64,000 nt of DNA from Bacteroidota bacterium (GTDB taxonomy: Bacteria; Bacteroidota; Bacteroidia; AKYH767-A; 2013-40CM-41-45). Each line of letters opens with the position of its first letter. Position 1 is the first letter of the stretch. Below, in pieces: positions 36,801-43,665 of this stretch. A model generated the notes under the pieces. That model was not told the DNA's origin. It did no database searches and saw only the letters and a program-made list of their open reading frames with translations. The stretch is taken from the NCBI GenBank assembly GCA_016711505.1, contig JADJSV010000002.1:442839-506838 (forward strand), given 5' to 3'. The position numbers were made by a program, and so were the translations under genes.

Positions 36801-38305
36801 TCGTCATAGGTACAAGCAATATGATTCCATGTGCCAAGAACCAATGGACCTGTTGATACAGAAGTGTTATCTCTCAGCCAAAATTCAAGATTCTCAGTTG
36901 ATCCTTCTAAACTAGGATCGGAAATTGAAGCAGCACTTTCCCATACAAAAGCATTTTGACTTGCATCAGCTTTCACCCAAACTTCAATTGTGAAAGAGCT
37001 TGTGCTAATTGTTGGAATCGCTACATAATCATCTATACCATCAAAGTGCAATGCAGAACCCGGACCGCCGGAAGTTAAATCACTGCCATTACAATCCTCA
37101 TCGATAGAGTTGTTTGGAATCTCTGTTGCACCCGGATTGATTAGAGGGTCATTGTCATTACAGTCTGCACTGCTTTCAGTATAACCTGGAGGTATAGTAC
37201 AAACGCTACCTACAAGAATAGAATTATTCAGATCTCCATAAGTATCTTCATCACCATCTGCATAATATGTCAGAAGTGTAATGGGTGTACATGAAGTTCC
37301 TGAAACAACTCCGCCAACTTCAACCCAATTTGATTCTGTTCCTGAAAGTGAACTGTTTTGAATTACACCATTACGATTATTTCCGGAAGCATCGTTTACA
37401 ATGTCTACTGAAGGATTGTTTGATCCGGCAATTCCTTGGTTCAATGGGTAGTATGCTACCAGACCCGGAGCGTTTGTCGGGATCTCGCAATTCATATTAG
37501 CACTTATTTCGGTCTCGCACAATGCACGATTCCAGATTCTGACTTCGTCAAGAGTTCCGTCTAATGCATATCCTGAATTGTCATTTCCAAGGATAAGATC
37601 GAATATTGTATCATTGACTGTTCCTGTATATGGCACTGTTGCTTCAAGAGCCCCATTGACATACAACTTCATGTCGAAGCCATCATATGTACCTGCAACA
37701 TGGTACCATTCTCCGGGAGTAATAGTAGTAGTTGAATTCGCATCATGCCATCCCCAGCCGTTTACAAAGAATGTAAAATTTGTACCGCCGCCACTTAAGT
37801 TTAATCCGTATCCATCTGCAAAAGAAGACGGTTCGGTTTTCATGATGATACCTGCATAGTCGTCAGCAGTTCTCGGCTTAACCCAACATTCAATTGTCAA
37901 TTCAGTTGGGTCTAAAGCGTCATCATCAGGAACAATTACAAGATCATCAACACCATCTAAACTTAAGGCAGCACCCGGTATTGGAGTCGCAGCTTCCCCG
38001 ATCTGAAAATCAGAGAATGATGTAAGTTGTCCTGCTGTGATCGATAAACTTGTTCTGTTGAACACCTGGAAATCTATCCAGTCAGGTGCATCATATTTTT
38101 TTACAATAAAGTTATTGAAGTCTGCATTCAGATCAACATCTGCAGCATCCCAGTTGAATGTAACAACTAAGTCCTGAAAATTCAGTCCTGCATTGGTAAG
38201 ATTCCAGAAACGGTTTACTGCTTTATTCGGGTCAATTCCTGAAGAAGCAATTTCCGGATGCACACCAGGCTCTGTACGTGCTATAATTCCACCATCAGGG
38301 AACAA
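27821..38305 (-). CDS. Giant gene 1, intact C-terminal 3494-codon ORF fragment
   Basis: Uninterrupted 10.5-kb ORF. Contains LamG domains (..LDEVRIWNRAL..), D-x-D-G-D-G-F-G repeats, LRRs, S8 motifs (GVLSDSY, DEGRAMLQIIHD, GTSAAAPHAAGVAALL), SprB repeats (CYGG..ASGGTSPYSG), PKD-like repeats and the T9SS tail. The TTG start at 38305 is an artefact of the upstream frameshift. Confidence 0.85.
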   Translation of the reverse strand: MFPDGGIIARTEPGVHPEIASSGIDPNKAVNRFWNLTNAGLNFQDLVVTFNWDAADVDLNADFNNFIVKKYDAPDWIDFQVFNRTSLSITAGQLTSFSDFQIGEAATPIPGAALSLDGVDDLVIVPDDDALDPTELTIECWVKPRTADDYAGIIMKTEPSSFADGYGLNLSGGGTNFTFFVNGWGWHDANSTTTITPGEWYHVAGTYDGFDMKLYVNGALEATVPYTGTVNDTIFDLILGNDNSGYALDGTLDEVRIWNRALCETEISANMNCEIPTNAPGLVAYYPLNQGIAGSNNPSVDIVNDASGNNRNGVIQNSSLSGTESNWVEVGGVVSGTSCTPITLLTYYADGDEDTYGDLNNSILVGSVCTIPPGYTESSADCNDNDPLINPGATEIPNNSIDEDCNGSDLTSGGPGSALHFDGIDDYVAIPTISTSSFTIEVWVKADASQNAFVWESAASISDPSLEGSTENLEFWLRDNTSVSTGPLVLGTWNHIACTYDDQTNLQSIYVNGAFVASVTAIGGGLGSSIYVGSRLGTSGFYPGSMDELRIWSRALTAQEITDHYACEILAPQSDLLANYHFNQGIGESDNTTPMIDQLADAALNGNGSLFNFTLDGNTSNWITSGGVVTGTNCNLPGTFYADVDGDGFGDNASQIIDVAPVPGYVVNNLDCDDLHTTYYDYDNDGFGVLPATPCGSSFFSNDCSPNSYSEGPGALEICDGTDQNCNGNISENNSLSFDGATSYVEMQDFNLGTNDFTIEAWIHPYATTNGYIITNRTSESGGAGNWFGLKFDSGNLMLELAEAGAPGYLVVSGTTSISLNQWTHVAVVRAGMNYKIYVNGRVDESITDTYSRDLTSGFNVGRLGGWPDFNLEWYSGKMDEVRIWDVAKTQAEIRSKMTAYVYYEPNLINYYPFDHGTANTENPGVNILTDFTSTNNIGQLISFSLSGDFNVSNWNGGYAGTMYYDLDGDGFGDPNNSIVVTSPCFAPGNLVNDYNDCDDSDINTHSGCTPAAALDFDGVNDFVSLNTVDNLPTGNSPYTLEAWIKPNTINFNEGFIGYGNFGTQNESNAIRFAGPTQLVNYWWANDLIVMIPNILDGNWHHIAATYDGTTRSIYTDGVLRGQDTPGTLNVPTANNLQIGKSFGNEFLDGALDEVRIWNVSRSQSQIVDNMNCEIGAQPGLAAAFHFNQGFANESNVSVINDTDVSGNGNNAILNNFDLEGATSNWVSPGGVVTGTNCVCYVNIPDVNFKNALLANASINTNSNLEIECSEALAFNGNMDVNGLSISDLTGIEAFTSLTVLQVYNNQLTTIDVSANTQLNYLDVGSNQLTTLDVSSNTALQQLVCRINQLTTIDISSNTNLFWLECPFNNITSLDLTNNANLTVVIALGNQLTSLDVTNNPLLSTLNISNNPGLTSIDMSQNPGITQFISQNNNLTELDLSSTPSLSDLLVNQNNLSSLNIQNGNNSNLISFNATGNPSLSCIQVDNVNDMNTFWSAGKDAGASFSTNCSFVCNLSLTTSAGDTLFVCAENGATSGDVNLVPLNGVAPYTYTGSDTLNLVTGTYNYFVTDGNGCTATTELKVFVTNCIIPYYEPPTNDTIDNLIGSELTQLYSYPDSLVDTTAANNIFKIDEIQGEVLIEVIANVGQYNTLLALLQTPAYGMNSLIDNGDTTLIITGMYPIANLPKLDSLPILINYARPYYTPINGNFALASTGLTTSQGDSAQMSHKAKQAWKVSGDGVKVGVLSDSYNTKFGSPTPAERDVQNGDLPGAANPNFNTDVIVSEEYPYGTGSDEGRAMLQIIHDVAPNAELMFRSGFISAGNFADGIKSLRDSGCKVIVDDITYITEPFFRDGVIAQAVEDVSATGVNYFTSAGNFGIKSYEGNFTPIAAPAGYAGAAHDFGGGDFYQSVTLPKGTYTIALQWNDDFYSIGEIVGAQNDPDIFLVDQFGARRFGVNRNNIDGDPREILPLVVKVTSRANIIITRKSGVGNVRFKYVIFRGEGVINEYNQGTATVIGQANAESAMSIGAVLYTNTPVYGVNPPTVASFSSRGGVLIDGIDRQKPDFCAPNGVNTTVNFGGVNIDNDLFPNFFGTSAAAPHAAGVAALLIEAKEKYYAGETFNGAQMKALLKSTAINMDGAGYDAATGAGFIQADAALQTFANPFPIIDDYHLADSAFTPGLQPITLVINGEYIAPDASVIFQYDTIPATVVGNQLTVELPDFLGNPPLVVYNPPIAPSGLDGGVSDSIYLLSTIPQNVKVTINSVNKKYGEVIPAYSFDVTINDVPMASTGQTLSTLGLTDVTYSTNATNTSDIGLYFRRGHSAVTDLSNPQSLALSAIFNYQFVDGVLTIERMPIMVTPNDMTLVYGDAINGKDIQFTYVYDDSNIDPSEQLLFHDSLSEEHQSAMSTSIVLVDGKQAVNGLSAADFQNMSFLVSGKAAVNGKQAVNGKQAVNSISYDTTYYIPVHPASIFDYHIDSTNAVLYNGKQAVNGKAAVNGKQAVNGKAAVNGKQAVNGKQAVNGKQAVNSNTFNDESNEYAVLIVDSLDVYGDPNDSIVGYTSMNMITGITVGNWVIAPGVLLSENFDISYGLGTLTIVPETLTVKANDTTAGCNGVQPAYTFTNSIYQYEDADSNVIASGPVFTILDNMNVNVGSGNLAGGTYQIVPSDLVQADTPANYILVYEPGVLTVDESLTLSTSQGNINCYGGTTTVTITASGGTSPYSGDGAHTVTAGTQTFVVTDAKGCTSEVTLTITEPAQFVASSSATAIACYGGETTISVSGSGGVEPYSGTGDFNVGAGMYNYTLTDANGCSTSTMITVTEPSQLIAAASNSTSISCFGGSTLVDVTASGGTSPYSGTGTFAQFAGTMAYTVIDANGCASEISLTLTQPTKVEVLTTTTPSSCSSSDGSATANASGGSGSYSYLWSNGQTTQTANNLTGGNYSVTVTDSQGCTASTSAVVNTTGGSIIVPGSISGPAGACRSTSGIVYSVTPVPGASSYIWTLPTGATGSSTSNSITVAFGPAYANGFICVAAVNVCGTSATSCLNIPVNTVAPPVPAVIAGPVLPCGPGIHTYSTSAPNATSFNWTITGTGASIVNGQGTNTIQVSIPSNFGQGSIQVRSVNCKGSSAVRGMTITGIPAHSNPVTGPTFVCAGGTGVYTMNTVVGATSYTWSVTGDATVASTVTTASTTTATINFGPAWTSGMVTITDANSCGSYSRSFAVNSTPAQPGSISGPGSGVCGLSEVTYSIAPVPTATSYNWTVPAGVTILSTAPNGLSINVRFTPAFTSNSSTICVSANSACGTGPARCFTITSRPAAPVISGPTSVCKTNSSVAYNIAPVSGATSYSWSVTGGASISPSGTSAVVNYNTSLNPSSIIRANANSLCGPSQPGQLNVAVNLSCRTVADEIEITDSEIVVYPNPTSGKILVTFNSETETKYLIRITDLIGNIISNEVFTSETGMNTREFDITGVTKGVYMVTLSADEVVTKTTRIVVR
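30728..30856. repeat. Seven tandem 18-bp units encoding NGK(Q/A)AV inside giant gene 1
   Basis: The plus strand shows ..GTTCACGGCTTGCTTTCCATTTACGGCTTGCTTACCATTCACTGCTTGTTTACC.. with synonymous variation between units. The protein reads YNGKQAVNGKAAVNGKQAVNGKAAVNGKQAVNGKQAVNGKQAVNS. A second, shorter cluster lies at about 30945-31075. Confidence 0.85.
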
Positions 38306-38404
38306 TCACCTGTACATTTAAAGATACAGGTGCATATTGTGTTGCATCACCGATTGGATAATCTTTTACTCCTGTTGAAGTAAAGTCTCTTTGTAAATTT
38401 CCAA

Positions 38405-40234
38405 CTACGTAAGAAGTTGAAGATGCATTGTGATGGTAGCAGAAGCACCAATAATTACATTGCTGAGATTTGTGATCAGCTTACCATTATTAAAATTAAG
38501 GTCTTGATTAATTGTTTGTGTTCCCTGAATAACGACGTCAAATGGATTGAGAATAGTCAACTTTTCAATTGAGCCTTGACCGAAAATGGTTTGCTGAAGA
38601 CTTCCTGTCATAGAAAGATCTGTAAATTCAATTGATCCTCCATTAGTCAGATTCAAGCCACTGAATGTCATGTCGCCTCCTGTTAATGTCGCAAGTGGAT
38701 CTACAATCAATTCATTTGCATTGATAACAGTTTGAATATTGAAAGTTCCATTCTTAAAGACAAGCATTCCGCTGGCCATTGATAGGAATGATGAGCCCCC
38801 AAATGTAAGGGTGCCCGGAGTAGCAAAAGTAAATAACCCATTATTGTCAGGACAATAGAATGTTCCATTGAATGTATTATCCCAGCCGGTCGCAACATTT
38901 ACAATTCCAAAATTATTATTGAATGTACCGTCATTTGTAAATACAGATAGATTTAAAATAGTGTTTAGAGTTGACCCTGTAGCATTGAATGTGTGATTGA
39001 CAGTTCCTGTTGAAGTATTGTTCAGATTAAAGTTATTGATAGTTACCTGATCTATACCATCGTGAAACAAAAAGTTCACGATATTGTTATTGATCATTTC
39101 TCCTGCCATATTATATTCAATCAATGCGCAGCAAGAAACGTCAGAGTTTTCAATATTTATTACACCGTTATTTGTAACAGACAAAAATAAGTTTGCTCCA
39201 TTGGCAGTATTATTTCCTAAGTTTAAAGTTGCATCACTGTTAATTATCATCAAACCTTGACCGGTCAATGTGCCATTTTCAACTATAACAGTTCCGGAAA
39301 CATCAAGATCAGTACCTGGTCCGTCAGCAATCACAATTCCTGGTCCTGTTACATGTAATGTTGCACCGGTTTGAACAACGATTTGATCTGCGGTAATTCC
39401 ACCATCAACCGTAACCGTAAATCCACTTTGAAGAGTGATAGTATTGTCCCCATAATTCGGAGTACTTAAAGCAGGTTGCCAAGTACAGCCATCAAAATAT
39501 TCCCAGGTAGAAAGAGCGCCCCAATTGCCACTGGCAATTGAACGAAAATCACCTGTTGGAATACATGCTTCAAAGTTTTCTCCGATCTGAAATTCACTGA
39601 AGGATGTGATGTTAAAGGCAGTCAGAGATGTTTCTGTTATGTTACCTACTGTAGGAAGTGTCCAGGTTGGATCATTGTATTTTGCAACGATAAAATTGTT
39701 GAAGTTAGTGCTGCCATCAACTTCAGCAAGGTCCCATGAGAAATTAACATCACATGTATTAAAACTTAAACTGTGATTAGTTATGTTCCAGACACGGTTC
39801 ACACTTAACGCCTGGTCAATTCCTGAATTGAGAATGTCGGCATGGTCTCCTGCTGTTGTATGTGCATTAATAAATCCGTCACCACTACCGTCATTTGGAA
39901 GATCGAATGTCAGTGCGATAGGTGCGTAAGCATTTTCATCACCAATAGGTAATTGTACTGGACCCGGAGTTGCATATGCAAAATGGTGCCGTAGATTACC
40001 ATTGACATATGAATTCACAGATGGATCCATAATAACAGCACCAGGCCCAAGAATCAATGTGTTCGGACCGGTATTAATTAATCCAACACCCATATTCAAA
40101 GTATTTACAATGGTCTGATTTCCATCAAGTGTTACTCCGGATTCATTATAGATAGACATATTTGCAATACTTCCTGATCCAAGAATAGTCTGTTGTCCAA
40201 GTGATGTAAAAGAAAATCTTGCCAGTTGAATCAA
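38405..40234 (-). CDS. Giant gene 1 fragment (third W-rich / beta-helix module)
   Basis: ..GDFRSIASGNWGALSTWEYFDGCTWQPALSTP.. followed by N/G/T-rich beta-helix-like repeats. Colinear with the paralogue. Confidence 0.7.
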   Translation of the reverse strand: MIQLARFSFTSLGQQTILGSGSIANMSIYNESGVTLDGNQTIVNTLNMGVGLINTGPNTLILGPGAVIMDPSVNSYVNGNLRHHFAYATPGPVQLPIGDENAYAPIALTFDLPNDGSGDGFINAHTTAGDHADILNSGIDQALSVNRVWNITNHSLSFNTCDVNFSWDLAEVDGSTNFNNFIVAKYNDPTWTLPTVGNITETSLTAFNITSFSEFQIGENFEACIPTGDFRSIASGNWGALSTWEYFDGCTWQPALSTPNYGDNTITLQSGFTVTVDGGITADQIVVQTGATLHVTGPGIVIADGPGTDLDVSGTVIVENGTLTGQGLMIINSDATLNLGNNTANGANLFLSVTNNGVINIENSDVSCCALIEYNMAGEMINNNIVNFLFHDGIDQVTINNFNLNNTSTGTVNHTFNATGSTLNTILNLSVFTNDGTFNNNFGIVNVATGWDNTFNGTFYCPDNNGLFTFATPGTLTFGGSSFLSMASGMLVFKNGTFNIQTVINANELIVDPLATLTGGDMTFSGLNLTNGGSIEFTDLSMTGSLQQTIFGQGSIEKLTILNPFDVVIQGTQTINQDLNFNNGKLITNLSNVIIGASATITMHLQLLT

Positions 40235-40245
40235 TCCATTATTTT

Positions 40246-41304
40246 CTAATGTACTTCCGTAAAATTCAATTCTGCAAGTCCATTCAATTCTGCATCGGAA
40301 TAAATCCGATATGTACCTGAATGTGTGCCAAAAGAATTTCCTAGTCTGAGTTCTGAAGCTGATTGAAGTTCTACAACACCAAGATTGTTAAATTGCATTT
40401 CTTCATCATAGATCAATCCATCGATTCCAGTATCAATCCATATAGTACCGGAAGGCATGTTATTAAACTGGGAGTTGGAACTAATCGAACCCAGGAAACT
40501 TGTTGAAGCATTAAAATATAAGTTGTCGTAATTGTTGAAAAAAGTATTAGCTCCTCCGAAGGTAATGGTTGCATTTGAGTTCCAGGTTATCGGTGTGTAA
40601 TTATTAATAGTCAATCCGTCATTAAACGAATAACTTCCACTCGACATTTCTATAGTAGAACCTGGCAGGAAGTCAATAATTCCCGGTCCATAAATATCAC
40701 TACCTAAAAGAAAAGTACTTCCATCTTCGAATTGTGCATTTCCAAGTATATTAAAGGTAGCAGCTGAGAACTCAATTGTACCGGAACATTGTAAATCTAT
40801 TCCGGCTCCATCAGCAATGGTAAATTCCATTTCTGTTACCAATAAACTACTGCCTGGATTAATTATTAGTTGGTCAACTACAAGAGGCGAAGTATTTCCA
40901 GGTACCATATAATGGTCGGTAATTGTAATTTGTTCAGCATTTGATGCTACCGGATAATCAATAGCAGGTACCCAGGAATTTCCGTCAAATGTTTCCCAGT
41001 TGGAAATATCGTCCCACGCGCCATCACTCACAGTTCTATAGTCATTTACTGCATACGAAGCTACTTCTCCTACCTGATAGAATCTATCTGCAAAAGTAGT
41101 AACACCGGAAACATCAATTGAAGTTGGTTGTGGGTTAGAAGATGTTGCAATGCTCCAAATACTGGCATCACTGTAATAAGAACCTACTCCAAAATTTGAA
41201 GTAATTGCATCAAGATCAACATCAGTTGCATCCCAGTTTAATGTAAAATCAGCAGTAGAAAATATCTGATTCGCACTCTGATCAATTGACCAACAACGAT
41301 TCAC
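40246..41304 (-). CDS. Giant gene 1 fragment (second module)
   Basis: ..NDYRTVSDGAWDDISNWETFDGNSWVPAIDYP... Its end ..ELNFT joins GSTLENNGLIQLARFSF.. of the next fragment after a 1-nt correction at 40257-40258. Confidence 0.7.
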   Translation of the reverse strand: MNRCWSIDQSANQIFSTADFTLNWDATDVDLDAITSNFGVGSYYSDASIWSIATSSNPQPTSIDVSGVTTFADRFYQVGEVASYAVNDYRTVSDGAWDDISNWETFDGNSWVPAIDYPVASNAEQITITDHYMVPGNTSPLVVDQLIINPGSSLLVTEMEFTIADGAGIDLQCSGTIEFSAATFNILGNAQFEDGSTFLLGSDIYGPGIIDFLPGSTIEMSSGSYSFNDGLTINNYTPITWNSNATITFGGANTFFNNYDNLYFNASTSFLGSISSNSQFNNMPSGTIWIDTGIDGLIYDEEMQFNNLGVVELQSASELRLGNSFGTHSGTYRIYSDAELNGLAELNFTEVH

Positions 41305-41401
41305 ACTTAAATCACTTATAATACTTGATGTTCCAACTTGCGGATGATCATTTCCCAGGAATGGATACGGAATTCATCACCAAGAAGTAAACCATTTATA
41401 G

Positions 41402-41641
41402 TTAATGATACCGAGTGTAAACGTTGTCGTCACCAACAGGAAAATTTAATGTAGTTGTACCTGCAGGGAAACTTCTTTGGATAAAACCATTTACATAGCT
41501 ACTTGAAGAACCTGAAGAAATATTACCGGTTGATAAGATGCTTATTGTATGAGCAAATGTTCTGATCTTTCCTGTTGTCAATGTAAGAAGTCCGTTGAAA
41601 CTTTGAGACCCACCTAATGTAATTCCCACTCGGATTAGCAA
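41402..41641 (-). CDS. Giant gene 1 fragment (short bridging piece)
   Basis: ..ITLGGSQSFNGLLTLTTGKIRTF..SSSYVNGFIQRSFPAGTTTLNFPVGDDNVYT.. bridges 41523-42599 and 40246-41304. Confidence 0.6.
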   Translation of the reverse strand: MLIRVGITLGGSQSFNGLLTLTTGKIRTFAHTISILSTGNISSGSSSSYVNGFIQRSFPAGTTTLNFPVGDDNVYTRYH

Positions 41642-42599
41642 CAGTCATATTTAAAATTGATCCATTACCATTAATTGTTTGGTTAGAAGCACCGACAACT
41701 TGAAGATTGGTAGTATTTAATGTACCATTGTTTGTGAGTGTCGGACCGGAGAAAGAAATATTGTTTGCTGTCAACGTTGCACTATTATTCACAACTAAAG
41801 TACCGCCCACATTACAGTTTCCGGTTAATGATAAAGTTCCTGCGGATACTGTCATCGCTGATCCTGTATTCGTGTAAACGCTAACAAAGCTATCGAAAGT
41901 AGATGTGCTTGTAGTGGATTTAGTAATGCTTCCCCCTGTATTATTCCAGAATGTAAATGTCGCAGAAGGATCACCATTGAAATGTAGAAAAGAAGGAGCA
42001 GATAAATTGAATGCACCATTGTTTTGAAGTGTGATAGTACCACCATTATATGCAATATTGTTTGCTGTCCCCGGCCATGTCATTGTACCATTGTTGGTGA
42101 AAGTATGAGTACCTGAAAGAAACATACTACCTGTACCTGTCCAATTGAAATTTCCACCGATATTATTTGTCCAGTCACCATTGCCTGTAATTGTGCCTGA
42201 ATTAAAATTAAAGACTCCGCCACTGGTAATTGATACAGTTCCTCCTGAGCCATTGCTCAGTGTTGGCCCGCTTAAATTACATGTCCCTATGATCGTAAGT
42301 GAATTTCCTACACCCCCATTCAGAGTCAGAGAACCGGAACCGGATACTGTTAAAGTTCCGCCTGAATTAACCACTGTATTATCTGTAGTTACATTGGAAT
42401 TGATAGTAACTGTGTGAGTGCTTAGAATTGTAATTGTGCTATCTGAAAAAGATGGTGATGTAATAGCGCCTATCCATCCGCAAGCTGTGAGTGTTTGCCA
42501 TATCGCCGGATTACTCCAGGAACCTGAACCCGCTGTACGATAGGTATATGTTGCACCCATAGCATAAGAACGAACCCAGTTAGAAGTTGTCCCACTCAA
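41523..42599 (-). CDS. Giant gene 1 fragment (first module)
   Basis: ..GTTSNWVRSYAMGATYTYRTAGSGSWSNPAIWQTLTACGWIGAITSP.. parallels paralogue ..GTTSNWVNSIVFQPTNIYRTITSGNWSDPAIWETQYGSCWVPAVTAP... Confidence 0.7.
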   Translation of the reverse strand: MSGTTSNWVRSYAMGATYTYRTAGSGSWSNPAIWQTLTACGWIGAITSPSFSDSTITILSTHTVTINSNVTTDNTVVNSGGTLTVSGSGSLTLNGGVGNSLTIIGTCNLSGPTLSNGSGGTVSITSGGVFNFNSGTITGNGDWTNNIGGNFNWTGTGSMFLSGTHTFTNNGTMTWPGTANNIAYNGGTITLQNNGAFNLSAPSFLHFNGDPSATFTFWNNTGGSITKSTTSTSTFDSFVSVYTNTGSAMTVSAGTLSLTGNCNVGGTLVVNNSATLTANNISFSGPTLTNNGTLNTTNLQVVGASNQTINGNGSILNMTVANPSGNYIRWVSKFQRTSYIDNRKDQNICSYNKHLINR

Positions 42600-42637
42600 T
42601 GCAAATCCGTTTAACGTACCGTTGTAGGCGTTACTGC

Positions 42638-43198
42638 TCAGATCAAGAAGTGTTGTAAGACCCGGATTATTTTGATCTGCAATTCCTGATTGAATGGATA
42701 CATTACTACTAAGCCTGTTTGTGGAGTTATCTCACAATTCATGTTTCCTTGTATCTGAACTTGTGAACGTGATACATTCCATATCCGTAATTCATCTAAA
42801 GTTACTGCAGTATATCCTTGTAAAATATTATTCATCAATCCCGCACCGATTGAAGTCAAAGACATAGGTTGTGGACCAAGTCCGGTTGTACCTGTGCCAT
42901 CAGAAATTCCATCCAGATAAAAAGTAACGGCGTTTCCTGATTTTGTAACTGCAACATGATGCCAGTTACCATCATTAACGTTAGTATTGCCGGTGAGCTG
43001 ATGTAGTGATATACCATCACCAACAGCAAGTCGTAACTTTCCGGTGTTTAGTGCAAACTGCACATAATTGTTATTTATTGCTTCCCCATACAAAGATGGT
43101 TGCGTTTCCATCAGTTGTCTGAATCCAGGTTTCGATTGTAAAGGTTCCGGAATAAGGGACGACTGTGTTAGTAGAAACATAATCGTTTGTACCATCAA
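42638..43198 (-). CDS. Giant gene 1 fragment (N-terminal LamG domain, C-part)
   Basis: ..EAINNNYVQFALNTGKLRLAVGDG..NWHHVAVTKSGNAVTFYLDG..LDELRIWNVSRSQVQIQGNMNCEI... Confidence 0.7.
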   Translation of the reverse strand: MMVQTIMFLLTQSSLIPEPLQSKPGFRQLMETQPSLYGEAINNNYVQFALNTGKLRLAVGDGISLHQLTGNTNVNDGNWHHVAVTKSGNAVTFYLDGISDGTGTTGLGPQPMSLTSIGAGLMNNILQGYTAVTLDELRIWNVSRSQVQIQGNMNCEITPQTGLVVMYPFNQELQIKIIRVLQHFLI

Positions 43199-43310
43199 AA
43201 TGCAATGCGTTTGAACCTTGCGCTTTTAATTCTGATGCGAAAGAAAATGTTAAAATAAAAAGTGTGGACAATACAAAATTTGCCCAATTGAATGGTGTGG
43301 GGTTTTTCAT
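43071..43310 (-). CDS. Giant gene 1 fragment (signal peptide and start of LamG domain)
   Basis: MKNPTPFNWANFVLSTLFILTFSFASELKAQGSNALHFDGTNDYVSTNTVVPYSGTFTIETWIQ.. closely parallels the N-terminus of the 58242 gene. Confidence 0.75.
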   Translation of the reverse strand: MKNPTPFNWANFVLSTLFILTFSFASELKAQGSNALHFDGTNDYVSTNTVVPYSGTFTIETWIQTTDGNATIFVWGSNK

Positions 43311-43665
43311 GTGTGTTTCAGTGTGTATTGGTTTGCAAATTAAGAAATTGCTGAGTCATATTAAAATTTTATCGGTAAACTGACGAGTATTTTTTTTTCT
43401 ATTTTTTCATAGATAAAAATGCTCGAAAATGCAGCAAAATCAATAGATTTAAGACTTGACAGGAATTAATTCCAAAGATTAATGCATTAACCCGGTTAAT
43501 TTCTTCGAATTCCTGGTTATTTGCTTGGTAAAACGCGCAAAAATGAATGTTAATAATTAATTAATTTTGTTCTTAATTTCTGATTCGATGGCAGGATTTT
43601 TTAAATGTGGAAATTCTGTTTTTGTGAACGTCTGAATTTAGAATAAAAACAACTACTTTGTAAAA

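Larger units (their letters stand above)
27821..43310 (-). pseudogene. Giant T9SS cargo gene 1 (about 5160 codons if rejoined): LamG x>=5, beta-helix modules x3, metal-binding-type repeats, LRR, S8 peptidase, MBG-like, SprB, PKD-like, T9SS tail; 8 frame disruptions in the 5' third
   Basis: Seven abutting or overlapping minus-strand ORFs are colinear with the paralogue at 47327-58242. Every junction reads through after a 1-nt change (see findings). N-terminal signal MKNPTPFNWANFVLSTLFILTFSFASELKAQ. C-terminal ..VVYPNPTSGKILVTFNSE..GVYMVTLSADEVVTKTTRIVVR. Confidence 0.75.

Noticed and set aside
41402-41641. Apparent overlapping genes (41402-41641 versus 41523-42599; also 43071-43310 versus 42638-43198 and 47327-47929 versus 47806-58242).
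   Set aside because: The overlaps are the open tails of two frames around a single-base indel. The peptide continuity across each junction matches the paralogue.
38298-43087. Programmed ribosomal frameshifting or slipped-strand phase variation as the cause of the fragmented giant gene.
   Set aside because: There are eight separate sites shifting in both directions. The runs are only 2-4 nt long, with no slippery heptamers or long tracts. Housekeeping genes elsewhere in the window show the same kind of break.
43311-43665. Searched the larger intergenic regions (15476-15676, 20548-20795, 43311-43665, 45601-45855, 58243-58531) for tRNA or other structured RNA genes and for Bacteroidota TAnnTTTG -7 promoter boxes.
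   Set aside because: No cloverleaf-compatible sequence was seen. Only weak promoter-like matches were found (for example TATTTTTG at 20769-20776 upstream of the CotH gene), which is too little evidence to annotate.
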